A stretch of DNA of 64,000 bases from an uncultured Spirochaetota bacterium (GTDB lineage Bacteria > Spirochaetota > UBA4802 > UBA5550). Every line of letters starts with the position of its first letter. The first letter of the stretch is position 1. Position numbers and translations under genes: made by a program. This document shows positions 1 through 10,921 of the stretch, one piece after another. The stretch is taken from the NCBI GenBank assembly GCA_963827275.1, contig CAWHAA010000004.1:384001-448000 (forward strand), in the 5' to 3' direction. Below the pieces are notes generated by a model, which was not told the DNA's origin, made no database searches, and saw nothing but the letters and a program-made list of their open reading frames with translations.

Positions 1-92
1 TATTAGTACCGATTATTAATCAAGTAACGCTGTGGTGTACTTATCTAAATGATATTATACTAAAGAGAATATCAGTTTCAAAGGAGTGAGCG

Positions 93-857
93 ATGAAAAG
101 GATTACCAGGTTAAGTACATTGTCGTTAGCAATCGGTATAATGATGTTGTTTTTCGGCAGTGGAACAATAAATTTGAAGGCCCAGCAGGATTCTAAGGCC
201 CAGGGTGAGAAAAAGCAGAGGCAGGACGGGTTAGTCGTTGACTGGATTAATGATTTTGAGGACTGCGAAGACTGGCGGGCGGTTTCAACCTGCCCGATCG
301 GGGATACCAAGACGCGGAAGATCCCCGGCAAGCCCAGGCCGGTAAACGACCAGGGCCAGTCGGTAAACGAGGATGGACAGCCGGGCGAGTTCCAGAACGA
401 AATAACCGATGAAAACGGGATATCCCATAAGAACGAAAATGTCCTGGGCATCAAGACGTATTTCATCGACCGGGGCTTCGACCGGGTCGAGGCGTTCCCC
501 CCGAACGAATATATCATCAGGGGAAAGGCCCGCGAGATGAAGTTCTGGGCGCTCGGAAGGAAGTTCAGGCACACCCTTTTCGTCAAGCTCAGGGACTACA
601 AGGGGCACATCCACAAGCTGAAAGTGGGCCGGCTCGATTTCTGGGGCTGGAGGGAGATGTCCGTTATAATTCCCGGCTGGCTCCCCCAGTCGGCAAGTTA
701 TGCCCTCCTCGACAAGAACCTGCATTTCGTTTCGTTTTTCGTCGAGAGCGACCTGTATGAGATACCCGGTACATTTTATACCTACATCGACCAGTTCAGG
801 GTCGTCACCGATCTCTCCGAGTTTACCGGCGACGAGACCATCAAGGACACCTGGTAG
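93..857 (+). CDS. flaA: Flagellar filament outer layer (sheath) protein FlaA
   Basis: Signal peptide; motifs DFEDCEDW, LGIKTYF, LRDYKG..GRLDFWGW typical of the spirochete FlaA family. Confidence 0.85.
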   Translation: MKRITRLSTLSLAIGIMMLFFGSGTINLKAQQDSKAQGEKKQRQDGLVVDWINDFEDCEDWRAVSTCPIGDTKTRKIPGKPRPVNDQGQSVNEDGQPGEFQNEITDENGISHKNENVLGIKTYFIDRGFDRVEAFPPNEYIIRGKAREMKFWALGRKFRHTLFVKLRDYKGHIHKLKVGRLDFWGWREMSVIIPGWLPQSASYALLDKNLHFVSFFVESDLYEIPGTFYTYIDQFRVVTDLSEFTGDETIKDTW

Positions 858-904
858 AATTTAACGTTAGGATATGCGAGATAGGCTGAGAAGGGAGGCT
901 TTTA

Positions 905-1801
905 ATGAGATCATATAACAAGAGAAGCGTTGCAATAATAACCAGTATTACCATGGCCGTATGCCTGGGCGTGCTGGGCGCGAGAACGGCGCAGTCAAAG
1001 ATAATAACAAACGTGCCCGCGGACGTCAGCGGGGACGAGCTGAAGGCCATTGTCATCGAGGATTTTGAAAACTCGGTCATAGGCGATAACGGATGGGTGG
1101 TGGATTCGGTGCCGAAGAAATTCGTGAAGGCGGAGACCGAACAGAAGCTGAAGCTCAAGAACCCGATCAACAGGCTGGAGATGAAGGTGATCGGCGGCGG
1201 CCCCAACGACATGAACGTCGAGGAATGGTCGCTCACCGACAAGGGCAAGAAAAAGGAAAAATGCCTCGGGGTGGCCTTCCAGTTCAGGTACCCGGGGAAG
1301 AACGAGGTCCATATCATTGCGCCTCCCCAGGTCGACTGGAGAGACAAAACGCCGAAGCTGACGAACAATCCCTCCACGGGAAAAGACGAGCAGGAGCGGG
1401 GTATTGAGCTGCCCGGAAAGTGCAAGGGCATATCGATCTGGGTGCATGGCCGCGGGCACCCCTATGATCTGGAAGCATGGGTCAAGGATTACCGGGGTTC
1501 GACGCACATCATCAAGCTCGGTTCGATAAATTTTATCGGCTGGAGACCGATGACCGGCTGGATACCGGTCTCCGTTCCCCAGGAGTTCCAGTCGTTTCCG
1601 CAGACGCGGGTCACCAAGATCACGCGGTTTGTAATCCGCGCGGTCCCGAACGCACCGCGTGAAGAGCTGATGGAGATGACGTACTTTTTCTTCGACCAGC
1701 TGAAGGTCCTGACCGACACCTATGAGGTCAACTTCGACGGCAACGAGCTGCACAAGATATTTGACGGCGGGTCCAAGGGCGGAGAAAAGAAACAGAATTA
1801 A
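905..1801 (+). CDS. flaA: Flagellar filament outer layer protein FlaA (second paralog)
   Basis: IEDFE, SIWVHGRG, VKDYRG..LGSINFIGW, FFDQLKVLTD motifs; tandem with the first flaA. Confidence 0.85.
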   Translation: MRSYNKRSVAIITSITMAVCLGVLGARTAQSKIITNVPADVSGDELKAIVIEDFENSVIGDNGWVVDSVPKKFVKAETEQKLKLKNPINRLEMKVIGGGPNDMNVEEWSLTDKGKKKEKCLGVAFQFRYPGKNEVHIIAPPQVDWRDKTPKLTNNPSTGKDEQERGIELPGKCKGISIWVHGRGHPYDLEAWVKDYRGSTHIIKLGSINFIGWRPMTGWIPVSVPQEFQSFPQTRVTKITRFVIRAVPNAPREELMEMTYFFFDQLKVLTDTYEVNFDGNELHKIFDGGSKGGEKKQN

Positions 1802-2053
1802 GTAGCTACATTTTACATAGCAGCATTTCTTTTTAGACCGGGAATACCCATCGACTTCAGTGATGGGTATTTTCTATTTTTGAAATATTTAATTTTCGGT
1901 TAACAGAGCGGCGCGATGCGCTCCCTGTACCGGCAGTGGATTCGATGCCGGCGCGGCCAACACCCGCGCCGTTTGTCTCGCCGCCGGTGTCAGGCGGATA
2001 CGGCGGTGAGCAGTCGGGGGATCCGCCACAGAATATACAACGAGGTCGATGGC

Positions 2054-4759
2054 ATGTCAAAACAAAAGATAATGGAAAAACTTGATTCGCTTTTCAAGGA
2101 GGAGATGTGGGGAAGGATCGAGCCGAAGGATATCGGCATCTCCAAGTTCAAAATCCTGGATGACCTGTTCAACTCCGTGGTCTCGGAGGACGCTATCCAG
2201 GAGACGGTGGAGGCGTGCAAAAAGCACATGGAGGACCATCCCGAGTCGATCACCTCGATGTATCTCCTGGGCGAGATCGGCAACCACCTTGACCGCCCCG
2301 AGGACGCGAAGAAGCTGCGCGGTCTCATTGAAATATTCACCGGCTACCACAAGTGGGCGGTGGTGGAGCTCATCGCGGAAAAGATCCTCGAGTACGGCGA
2401 ATCGAGCGCCGCGCTCCGCGCCCAGGCGCTGAGCCTGGAGCGGCTCGGGCGGAACAAGGACGCGATACCCGTGCTCGAAAGCCTCCTCAAGATCGACCGC
2501 TTCGACGCCGACCTCGCGAAAAAGCTCGCCTTCGCTATTGTGGACGAGCAGCCGGAAAAGAGCATCTACTACATGAAGCTGTCGATAGAGGGCTTCATCA
2601 AGAACAAGAAGTACGAAGAGGTAAGCAGCCTCTGGAGCAAGCTCGTCTCCGTGTCATGGGGCGATATCGCCTTCTTCGAGAGGATCGAGCGCTTCCTGGT
2701 TGAGGCCAAGCAGTTCGACCTTGTGGCCGCCCTCATCAAGATACTCCTCCAGAAGTACCGCGACCAGGAGAACCCGGACCTGTCGATAGAGCTGCTGAAG
2801 AAAGTCTTGAAATACCGCCCGGATGACGCGCATGCGCGCCGCGACCTCATCAACCTCTACCGGGTAAAGTACAAGGACCATACGCAGTTCGAACAGTTCA
2901 TGAAACTGTCGAAGCTCGCCAATTACAAGACGCCGGTCAAGTACGCGATACAGGATTTCGAAAAGAATATCGTGTTCGACGTCGGGAACCACGCCTATCA
3001 TAACACGTGGAAGCTGGGAAAAATCGTGGCGATGGACAATGAAAACATCGTGATCAACTTCAGCGGCAAGCCCGACCACAAGATGTCGATACAGATGGCG
3101 CTCCAATCCCTGATGCCGATACCGAATGACCACCTCTACGTGGTGCAGTACGAGGACCCGGATTACACGAAGAACCTTTTCAAGGACGATTTCATGCAGT
3201 TTTTCGAGATCCTTATCAGGTCGTACGGCGGCAAGATCCTGCTTGAGGACGTCAAGCGGGAGCTCATCCCGGCCTATGTAACGGAAAAGGGCTGGTCGAA
3301 ATGGTGGAGCAAGGCGCGGACGAAGATCAAGCGCGATCCGCATTACGGGTTCTCCGAGAAGAAGAAGGACCTGATCTTTACCCGCGACAAGCCGGTGACC
3401 TTCGCCGAGGAGCTGCTGGAGAGCTTTACCGGGTCGGATTCCTTCAGCAAGAAGCTCGACATCGCGATTGAGTTCGTCAACAATATCGACACGAACGACG
3501 GGCTTTCGGTCGTTCCGTATTTCATCGATTATTTCACCGACGAGATGAAGGGAGACTCGGAGACGCGCCAGGTGCTCTCCTACATGATACTCAAGGACAT
3601 GACAAAATACGCCGATCCGGCAAAGCTAAAGCTTGACGCGCTGCGCCAGAAGGTCGTCGATTTCATCAAGGAGAGCAACGAACTGCCCCTCCTTTCGATG
3701 AAGATCTCGTCGTACGATTACAAGAAGGACCTGGTGAACCTCATCGAGGAGTCGCGCGAGGACTGGCCGCAGGTAGTCTCCGAGCTCCTTTTCGAGACGC
3801 CCGTGCGGATACACAAGTACATTATCAACAACCTCATCCGCGCCCACGCGTACAAGATACATCAACGGCTTTATCGACCGGGTGGTCACCGGCATGAAGC
3901 AGTACCCCGAGATATTCATCTGGGTCGCGCGGAACCTGTTCGGCAGGCAGTGGGACTATGACTGGCTCGATTATTCCCGTGAGCGCCTCGCGGTATCGTA
4001 CTTCCGGCTCATGAACGAGCTTAAAAAGATAGAGATGGAAGGGAACCGGCTGAAGAACATGACGGTCGACCTCCTGTTCGACAACAATTCCGCCGTTCTG
4101 CGGAACATCGTCGAGCAGTTCGACCCGGTGCTCCTGGGAAAGCTGCATGACCTCTTCAGCAATGTCTCCTATGTCGATGAGCCGCAGAAGGAGTCGTTCC
4201 TCGCCGCTTATCCGGGCGAAGTACGCGGACTTCCAGCCGGTCAAGGCGCAGCCCGACGAGGGATGGGAACAGGACGTCGAGAAGCTCATCGTTTCGCGCG
4301 AGGGATACGACAGGATGAAGGCCGAGCTGGACCGGCTCGTCACCGTCGAGATCGTGAACAATCTCCAGGGAACTCACCAAGGTGGCGGATGTTTCGGGCG
4401 ACATCAGGGAGAATGTCGAGTACAACGCCCTCATGGAAAAGCAGGCGACGCTCGAGCTGTCAATTTCGAAGCTCGACAACGAGATGAAAAAGGCCCAGGT
4501 GCTGAACCCGGACGAAATCTCGACCGATTCGGTGACCATCGGCACCCGCGTCATCCTCCAGGAGGAGGACACCGGCGAGGAGTGGGATTACACCATCCTC
4601 GGGCCCTGGGACGCGGATTTTGAAAAACGGGTCCTCTCGTACCGGTCCCCGATCGCCAAGTCGCTCCTCGGCTCCAGGCCGGGCGATACGGTGACCCTCG
4701 ACATCGAGGCGGGCCACAAGAAGTATAAAATCAAGGAGATACAGAAGTACCGGGTATAA
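2054..4759 (+). CDS. greA: Long-form transcription elongation factor GreA (N-terminal helical extension); split by about 3 frameshifts (~3860, ~4207, ~4362)
   Basis: C-terminal GDIRENVEY and YTILGPWDAD..SYRSPIA GreA motifs; overlapping ORF pieces 1916-3961, 3882-4487, 4147-4623 and 4382-4759 join into one ~900-aa protein. Confidence 0.85.
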
Positions 4760-4765
4760 ATTATA

Positions 4766-4869
4766 AGGTGTCAGGGCCATCCCGCTCGCCCGCCTCGTAT
4801 AACCTCCTGTTGACTCGGCGGGGGCGGCGACGTCCGTGTCGCCTACTCGCCGGGATGGCCCCGACACCT
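4766..4869. repeat. Long palindromic MITE/REPIN-like element (copy A)
   Basis: Arms AGGTGTCAGGGCCATCCCG / CGGGATGGCCCCGACACCT (18/19 complementary); internal CCCGCTCGCCCGCCTCGTA shared with 44037-44271. Confidence 0.7.
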
Positions 4870-4921
4870 GAAATATATATGCTTGGACACACCTCTTTAA
4901 GGAAAAAATTAGAATTTATAT

Positions 4922-4951
4922 TTGACAAATACCGCTCTTAATTCGTATGAG
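4922..4951 (+). promoter_or_regulatory. Putative sigma70 promoter of tRNA-Leu
   Basis: TTGACA-18nt-TATGAG just upstream of the tRNA. Confidence 0.45.
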
Positions 4952-4964
4952 TTAAACGATACGA

Positions 4965-5050
4965 GCCGCGATGGTGGAATTTGGCAGACACGCAAGATTC
5001 AGGATCTTGTGGGCATTACGCCTGTGAGGGTTCAAGTCCCTCTCGCGGCA
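4965..5050 (+). tRNA. tRNA-Leu(CAG)
   Basis: Acceptor GCCGCGA/TCGCGGC, anticodon arm CAAGA-TTCAGGA-TCTTG, long variable arm, T-loop TTCAAGT; CCA not encoded. Confidence 0.95.
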
Positions 5051-5057
5051 ATTTGCA

Positions 5058-5092
5058 GGGCGGGGTCACGTGACCCCGCCTTTCTGTTTTTT
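5058..5092 (+). terminator. Intrinsic terminator after tRNA-Leu
   Basis: GGCGGGGTCA-CG-TGACCCCGCC stem followed by a T-rich tract. Confidence 0.75.
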
Positions 5093-5162
5093 AAAATTTT
5101 TTTTTACGAGCACGCTCTCCCGATCGTATCCCCTGGTAGAAATGCTATAACAGGGGGTTCCC

Positions 5163-6017
5163 ATGCAAAAATATTTTGCACTCATGCCGCTGTTTGCGCT
5201 GCTGGCATCAGGGTGCGACACTCCGGAGCAGTTCAATCCGCTGTTTCAGCCGCTCTGGCAAAACAACACGCGGGGGCTGGAGGTAATCCTTGCTCCGGTG
5301 AGCATTCAGGAACAGGGAGCGGCGCGCGCAACGGCGCTTGTCATACTCGCCGATGGAAAGAAAAAGGAGGCGGAGAACGCCTGCTGGGACGCGCCTGACA
5401 CCGGCATCGCGACGGTGGACCGGGAAGGGACCGTGACCGGCATCGCGCCGGGGAGGGGGCGCATCGTCGCCAGCGTCGACGGTATGACGGCGACCGCCGA
5501 GCTGGAGGTGCGGCGGAGGATCGACTACTCGCGCATACGGATCAGCGAGGTGTTCTATGACGCGGAGGGGAGCGATGAGGGGACCGAATTCATCGAGCTC
5601 TATAACGACGGCGATTATCCCTGCGATATCGCGGGAATGTCCGTAACGGACGGCTCATCCGCGAGCCGGGCGTTTGTCCTTCCCGGGGGGAGCGTTATCG
5701 GGGCAAAGGGGTGTCTCGTGATAGCGCAATCAGAGGGCGGGTTTTTCAGCCTGTTCGGCATGTCTCCCGGGTGCGGGTATTTTACGTTCAGCCTGAACAA
5801 CAGCGGGGAGACCGTTCTCCTCTCGGCGCCGGACGGGGCACGGGTCGATGCCGTGTACATCAAAGGCGGCACGGACGAGTTCAGACCTGACGCGGCCTGG
5901 GGAAGCGCAGCCGGGCCTTCGGCGCCGGCGGGGAGCTCCGTATCCAGGACCGGGCCGGGCGACACTGATACGCAGGCGGACTGGGCAAGCGGTCCGCCGT
6001 CGCCGGGCCGACTCTGA
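5163..6017 (+). CDS. Lipoprotein with Ig-like (Big_2) and lamin-tail (LTD) domains
   Basis: Lipobox LASGC; IATVD..G.VTG (Big_2); IRISEVFYD..EFIELYN..LNNSGE (LTD). Confidence 0.75.
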   Translation: MQKYFALMPLFALLASGCDTPEQFNPLFQPLWQNNTRGLEVILAPVSIQEQGAARATALVILADGKKKEAENACWDAPDTGIATVDREGTVTGIAPGRGRIVASVDGMTATAELEVRRRIDYSRIRISEVFYDAEGSDEGTEFIELYNDGDYPCDIAGMSVTDGSSASRAFVLPGGSVIGAKGCLVIAQSEGGFFSLFGMSPGCGYFTFSLNNSGETVLLSAPDGARVDAVYIKGGTDEFRPDAAWGSAAGPSAPAGSSVSRTGPGDTDTQADWASGPPSPGRL

Positions 6018-6049
6018 GCCGGAACGACGGCCCGCGGTATGCCGCAGCA

Positions 6050-6994
6050 TCAGGACTTCTTTTTTTTTGTTCCGGTCTTCTTCGCACCGGTCTTCCCGGG
6101 CACCGAACGGTAGAAGAAATAACCTATGACAATGAAGGTAATCACCGGTGATACCCAGTGGGGCACGTGAAAACCGAAGCTCTCCAGGAGCATGACGGTA
6201 CCGAGCCCCAGGATCGAGTACATGGCGCCGTTTTTCAGGAACTTGTATTTTTTTACCCGTTCTATGTTGCCCACGGTGAGCTGCCGGACTATGACGGCGC
6301 CGATGCCGTTGCCGAGAAGGATCAGCGGCACCGAAAGGGTGAAGGCGAAAGCGCCGAGGACCCCGTCGATCGAGAAGCTCATGTCGAGGACCTCGAGGTA
6401 GAGGATCTTGCTGATATCTGAGATGTTTTTCGCCGTGAGGCTTTTCTCCTTTTCCTCCGCGTTATGCCTGAACCCGTGCGTGATAAAAAACGCGGTGGAC
6501 CCCACGATGGCGGCAAAGGCCATCATGTTGTTCCTGCCCATTGCGAACCATGTGATGATCGTCAGGAGCACGGATACCACGGCATAAAACCAGACCCCGT
6601 GCCTGATAAAAAACGGCTCGAATGGGAACCCGATGTTCTTTTCATCGAGGAACAGCCAGTGGATGAACAGGAAGACCAGGAAGACGCCGCCGCCGGCAAG
6701 CAGTATGGGCGCCGACTCCTGTATGGCGGTAAGTACCTTGGGATCGTTTGAAAAAGTCGCGGTGATCGCATCGACCGGGCCGAGGCCCGGAATGGTGGCC
6801 CATACAATGAACCAGGGGAGGAGGCCCCGCACCAGGAACACGGCGATAAGTATCCCCCAGAGCAGGAACCAGCGCCGCGCTTTTTTCCCCATCGTTGAGA
6901 GGACTTCAGCGTTTATGATGGCGTTGTCGATGCTCGATATCGTCTCAAACAGGATCAGACCCAGCACGATGAGAACCATCGATACTATGTCCAT
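6050..6994 (-). CDS. DUF475 / TerC-like integral membrane protein
   Basis: FETISSIDNAIINA and LYLEVLDMSFSIDGVLGAFA motifs; multiple TM segments; GGAGG RBS before ATG at 6994. Confidence 0.8.
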   Translation of the reverse strand: MDIVSMVLIVLGLILFETISSIDNAIINAEVLSTMGKKARRWFLLWGILIAVFLVRGLLPWFIVWATIPGLGPVDAITATFSNDPKVLTAIQESAPILLAGGGVFLVFLFIHWLFLDEKNIGFPFEPFFIRHGVWFYAVVSVLLTIITWFAMGRNNMMAFAAIVGSTAFFITHGFRHNAEEKEKSLTAKNISDISKILYLEVLDMSFSIDGVLGAFAFTLSVPLILLGNGIGAVIVRQLTVGNIERVKKYKFLKNGAMYSILGLGTVMLLESFGFHVPHWVSPVITFIVIGYFFYRSVPGKTGAKKTGTKKKKS

Positions 6995-7184
6995 GTCGGC
7001 CTCCGTGATAAAGAAATGCACCCGTGCTATGCTGCGGTACAGTCCACTACGCATACCCGGCCCCACGGGTCAAATAAATTTTGCATTATCCGGCCGCCCC
7101 GTTCGTTACCGCAGTGTACGACGGCGCGGTACAGGCGCATCACGGGGCCTACGGGCCGCGCTAATCAACATGAGGAGGAAACGC

Positions 7185-7583
7185 ATGGCCCGCAGTATGA
7201 AAAGAAGATCCGCTGACGTTATCTATGAAATCAACGCGCACTGTCTCGATCTCATCGAGCTTTCCGGCTTTTTTTCAAAATTCAGGAAGAAGAAGCTCTT
7301 TGAATCGGTCATGATGGGGATATCGAATTCGGCACTTGATATGTTCGATATCGACACCTTCTGCTTCGGCCTTTGCGACAACCATTTTCACATCCTGCTA
7401 TGGACCTCCAGGGACGATAACAGGATGGCGCGGGCAATGCACTTTGTCCGCGAAAGGTTCGCCGAGGGAGTGAACCGCTCTCTCCGCCGGAACGGCCCTG
7501 TCTGGGACGGCCGGTGGTCGTGCCAGGTCAGGCGGCCGCCTTCAGACTGAAACGGCGGATTTCCTGAAAAATATATCCATTAA
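7185..7583 (+). pseudogene. Truncated/decayed REP-associated tyrosine transposase (RAYT, Y1 HUH)
   Basis: FGLCDNHFHILL (HUH) and NRSLRRNGPVWDGRW motifs; TGA at 7548-7550; in-frame YIH remnant at 7572-7580. Confidence 0.65.
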
Positions 7584-7703
7584 ACCGCCCCGGATTCCGA
7601 ACATAATATTAGGCCTGCCGTTCGGGATTCTCCCCCTGAAAGGGGCGGCGGAAGGCCGGAAAATCGTCCCGGTCCGGAACAACCCCGGCAAAAGAGGCAT
7701 ACT

Positions 7704-8147
7704 ATGGCACAGACACTTGCATTCCGCGATATCATCGAGGAGACCCGCCAGGAGCTCATCTTCGCGATCAAGGAGCGTATAACGGAGCTGACGCGGGGGA
7801 CGAGCGCGCCGGTCCAGTTGAAACGGGTGGTAGTGCGTGACGCGCCAGCGGCGCACGGCGATCTGCCGCGCCAATACGAGATAAAGAACGTGTATCTCGA
7901 CGACCGCAATACGCTCTGCGGCGACCTTGCGGGCAGGGATGACCGGTACGACGCCGGGGTGCTGTTCGGAAAAAACATCGAGTCCCTTGCCGCCGACGAC
8001 CTCAAGGTGCTGCTGGATTCCCTCTACGGCACCGGCTATAGCGTCAGTTGCGCGGATTATGAAGAGATCTTCCCGGAGCGCCAGGCCGGCCTGTACGAAT
8101 TCCTGATGACGCGGAAAGCCGGCATCTCGCGCATGCTTCGCAGGTAA
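7704..8147 (+). CDS. Hypothetical protein
   Basis: 147-aa ORF with AGAGG RBS and genome-typical codon use. Confidence 0.65.
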   Translation: MAQTLAFRDIIEETRQELIFAIKERITELTRGTSAPVQLKRVVVRDAPAAHGDLPRQYEIKNVYLDDRNTLCGDLAGRDDRYDAGVLFGKNIESLAADDLKVLLDSLYGTGYSVSCADYEEIFPERQAGLYEFLMTRKAGISRMLRR

Positions 8148-8160
8148 CCCCCGCCCTCCG

Positions 8161-9481
8161 TCAACGGTCGTTTTTCATGGACAGCGGCTGTCCCGTCGCG
8201 CTCATCACGTCATACAAAAAACGCGACGAGGGGTCGATCGTTTTCCTCTTTGAGACCGCGAGCTCGATGGGCACGTGGGTGTAGATGTTGTTCCAGAGCC
8301 CTATGGCCATGTCGGTCTTTCCCGCCATTCCCGCGTGGACCGCGTACTGCCCCAGCTGCGCGCAGAAGATGGAGTCGTTGGGCACCGGGGGCGCGCTCCT
8401 GATGAGGTAGCTCGGGTCGATATACTTGAGGTTTATCTCGATCCCCTGCCCGCTGAAGAACCTGTTGATGGCCGATTTTAAAAACACGCCGATGTCATCG
8501 AGCTTCACATTCCCGGAGGCGTCGTGCTGGCGCGCGGCCCGGTCATTTTCAATGAGGTCCTGCCCCGCGCCCTCGGCGACGCAGATGACGGCATGGTGCC
8601 GGGCCAGCATTCTCTTCTTTAGATGGGCGAGGAAGCCGTTTTCGCCGTCGAGGTCGAAGGGGACTTCGGGCAGGAGGACGAAGTTGACGTCGCTCATGGC
8701 AAGGCAGGCGTGCGCGGCGATAAAGCCCGAATGCCGCCCCATGAGCTTCACGAGCCCGATCCCGTTGGGCGCGCCCTTCGATTCGACGTGCGCCGCGTAG
8801 ATCGAATCCACCGCCTGCGAGTAGGCGGTCTCGAATCCGAAGGTGCGCTGTATGAAGCTTATGTCATTGTCGATCGTCTTGGGGATGCCCACGACGGCGA
8901 GGTCAAGGCCGCGTTGTTCTGCGATCGCCGCGATTTTATGCGCCCCCTTCAGGGTGCCGTCACCCCCGATGGTATAGAAGATGTTGATGCCGAGACGCCC
9001 GAGGGTGTCGACCAGGGTCTCCATCTCCTCGGTGCCGCCCCGGGAGGACCCGAGGATGGTGCCACCCTCGAGGTGTATGTCTTCAACCAGCTCGGGGTCC
9101 AGCTGCACCGGCTCATACCCGTTGGCGGGGTCCAGGCCGCTGTAGCCGTACCGGAACCCGATGATCGACTGCGCGCCGTAGCGGTGGAACGACTCCATGA
9201 CGATGGAGCGGATGACCGCGTTGATGCCGGGGCAGAGCCCCCCGCATGTCGCGATGGCGGAGCGCGTCTCTTCCGGCCTGAAGTGAATCATCCTTCTCGG
9301 GCCTGCCTGCTCGAAGCTGTGCCCGGGCTCAATGCGGCCGGCGTTGTAGTCCGTAATCATCGGATCGTATATGATCCTGACGTCGTCGCTCACGAAGGAC
9401 CCGTCGGTTAACAATCCTTTCTTCGATCAGCGGCGTCTGCACGGCTGATCGCCCGAGATTTTTGATCGTGAAATCCATCAT
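8161..9481 (-). CDS. pfkA: ATP-dependent 6-phosphofructokinase; frameshift near 9415
   Basis: TCGGLCPG, GGTILGSSRG, IGGDGT, PKTIDND, KLMGRHSG; N-terminus MMDFTIKNLG lies in another frame. Confidence 0.85.
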
Positions 9482-9709
9482 GTTCCTCCAGGTCGGAAAT
9501 GGGCGTGTCCCGGCCCGCGCAATCACGCGGCGGCGGTTCGTATCACCATAAGAAAGAGTAACGAGGAGCGCCAAATAATCAACAAAAAAACAGGGGCCCG
9601 CGTCAAGCTGAAACGACGATTATGCTTGACAGGGCCGGTCTTGGGGTTAAAACTACAAACTAATTTTTTCGAAAGCGGGTCCCTGCCGTTCACGGGGGGG
9701 AGGGAGATT

Positions 9710-10903
9710 ATGAAACCGAAGTATAACAGGGTCGGCATCCTTTTTTCCGGAGGCCCGGCGCCCAGCGCGAACGCCGTCATATCGTCGACCGCGGTCAATT
9801 TTCTCGACAACAACGTGCCGGTCATCGGGATCATGCGGGGGTACGAGTTCCTCCAGGATTTCAACAAGAACTACCCGAAGCTACGGAAAGAGCTCCATTA
9901 CGGGACCATCACCCACGAGATCACCAAGGCGCGGAACAGGTGCGGGATTTTTCTCCGCACCTCCCGGGCGAACCCGGGAAAAGATATCAGGACTATGGAA
10001 GACCTGAACAACCCGGAGAAGAACGCGCGGCTCAGGAACATCCTCGACGCCTTCGAATACCTGGAGCTCGGCGCCCTGGTGTCCATCGGCGGTGACGACA
10101 CGCTCAAGACGGCGAATTATCTCTGGCTGATGGGCTTCCCGGTCATCCATATACCGAAGACCATCGACAACGACTATTACGGCATCCCCTGGACCTTCGG
10201 CTACTGGACCGCGGTGGACGTGGCGCAGAAAATCCTGCTGAACCTGAAGGCCGACGCCCAGGCAACGGACAGCTTTTTCATCGTGGAGCTCATGGGCAGG
10301 AAGTCGGGGTGGATCACCTACGCGTCCGGGATAGCGGCCGAGGCAATTTTAATGATATCCTCCGAGGACATCGAGGAGGACGTGGTCAACCTGGGGCAGC
10401 TCGTGGAGCGGATCACCGACGTCATCATCACCAGGGAAAACGACCACAAGCCGTACGGCGTGATCGCCATATCCGAAGGGATCGTGGACAAGCTGCCGGA
10501 GGAGCTCAAGCCGAAGGGGACCGACAAGCACGGCAACCTCAGGCTACGGCGAGGCGAAGATATCCACCATACTGGCGGAGCATGTAAAGGACCGGTACAA
10601 GGAGAAGACCGGCCTCGATGTGAAGATAACCCCGAAGCAGGTCGGCTACGAGATCCGTTCGGCCCATCCCACGGCGTTTGACGTGGTCATGGGGAGCATG
10701 CTCGGCTACGGCGCCGCCAGGTATTTCTGGACGACAATTTCGGGGTCATGGTCTCGGTCACGGACAATTTCGACCTGAAGGCGGTCCCCTTTTCCGAACT
10801 CATCGACAGGGACACCCTCCTCACCAAGCTGCGCGACGTCCCGCGGGGGAGCGATTTCTTCAATCTCAAGAACAAGCTCCAGTATTCGGACATCTTCGAT
10901 TGA
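9710..10903 (+). CDS. 6-phosphofructokinase, probably PPi-dependent; frameshifts near 10545 and 10725
   Basis: SGGPAP, IGGDDT, PKTIDND, ELMGR motifs; C-terminal QVGYEIR in a shifted frame. Confidence 0.8.
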
Positions 10904-10921
10904 GGAAAGGGGCGGCGACAG

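Noticed and set aside
3850..4370. Programmed frameshifting or a split greA
   Set aside because: No slippery heptamers; the same kind of indel occurs in many unrelated genes, consistent with sequencing error
6995..7090. yybP-ykoY (Mn) riboswitch upstream of the TerC-like gene
   Set aside because: The conserved GGGGAGUAGC-type core was not found on the minus strand
7584..7700. Riboswitch upstream of the 7704 hypothetical gene
   Set aside because: Only short GC stems (CCCC-TGAAA-GGGG) and no recognisable aptamer consensus
4965..8147. tRNA-anchored genomic island
   Set aside because: No integrase, and no duplicate of the tRNA 3' end was seen in the window
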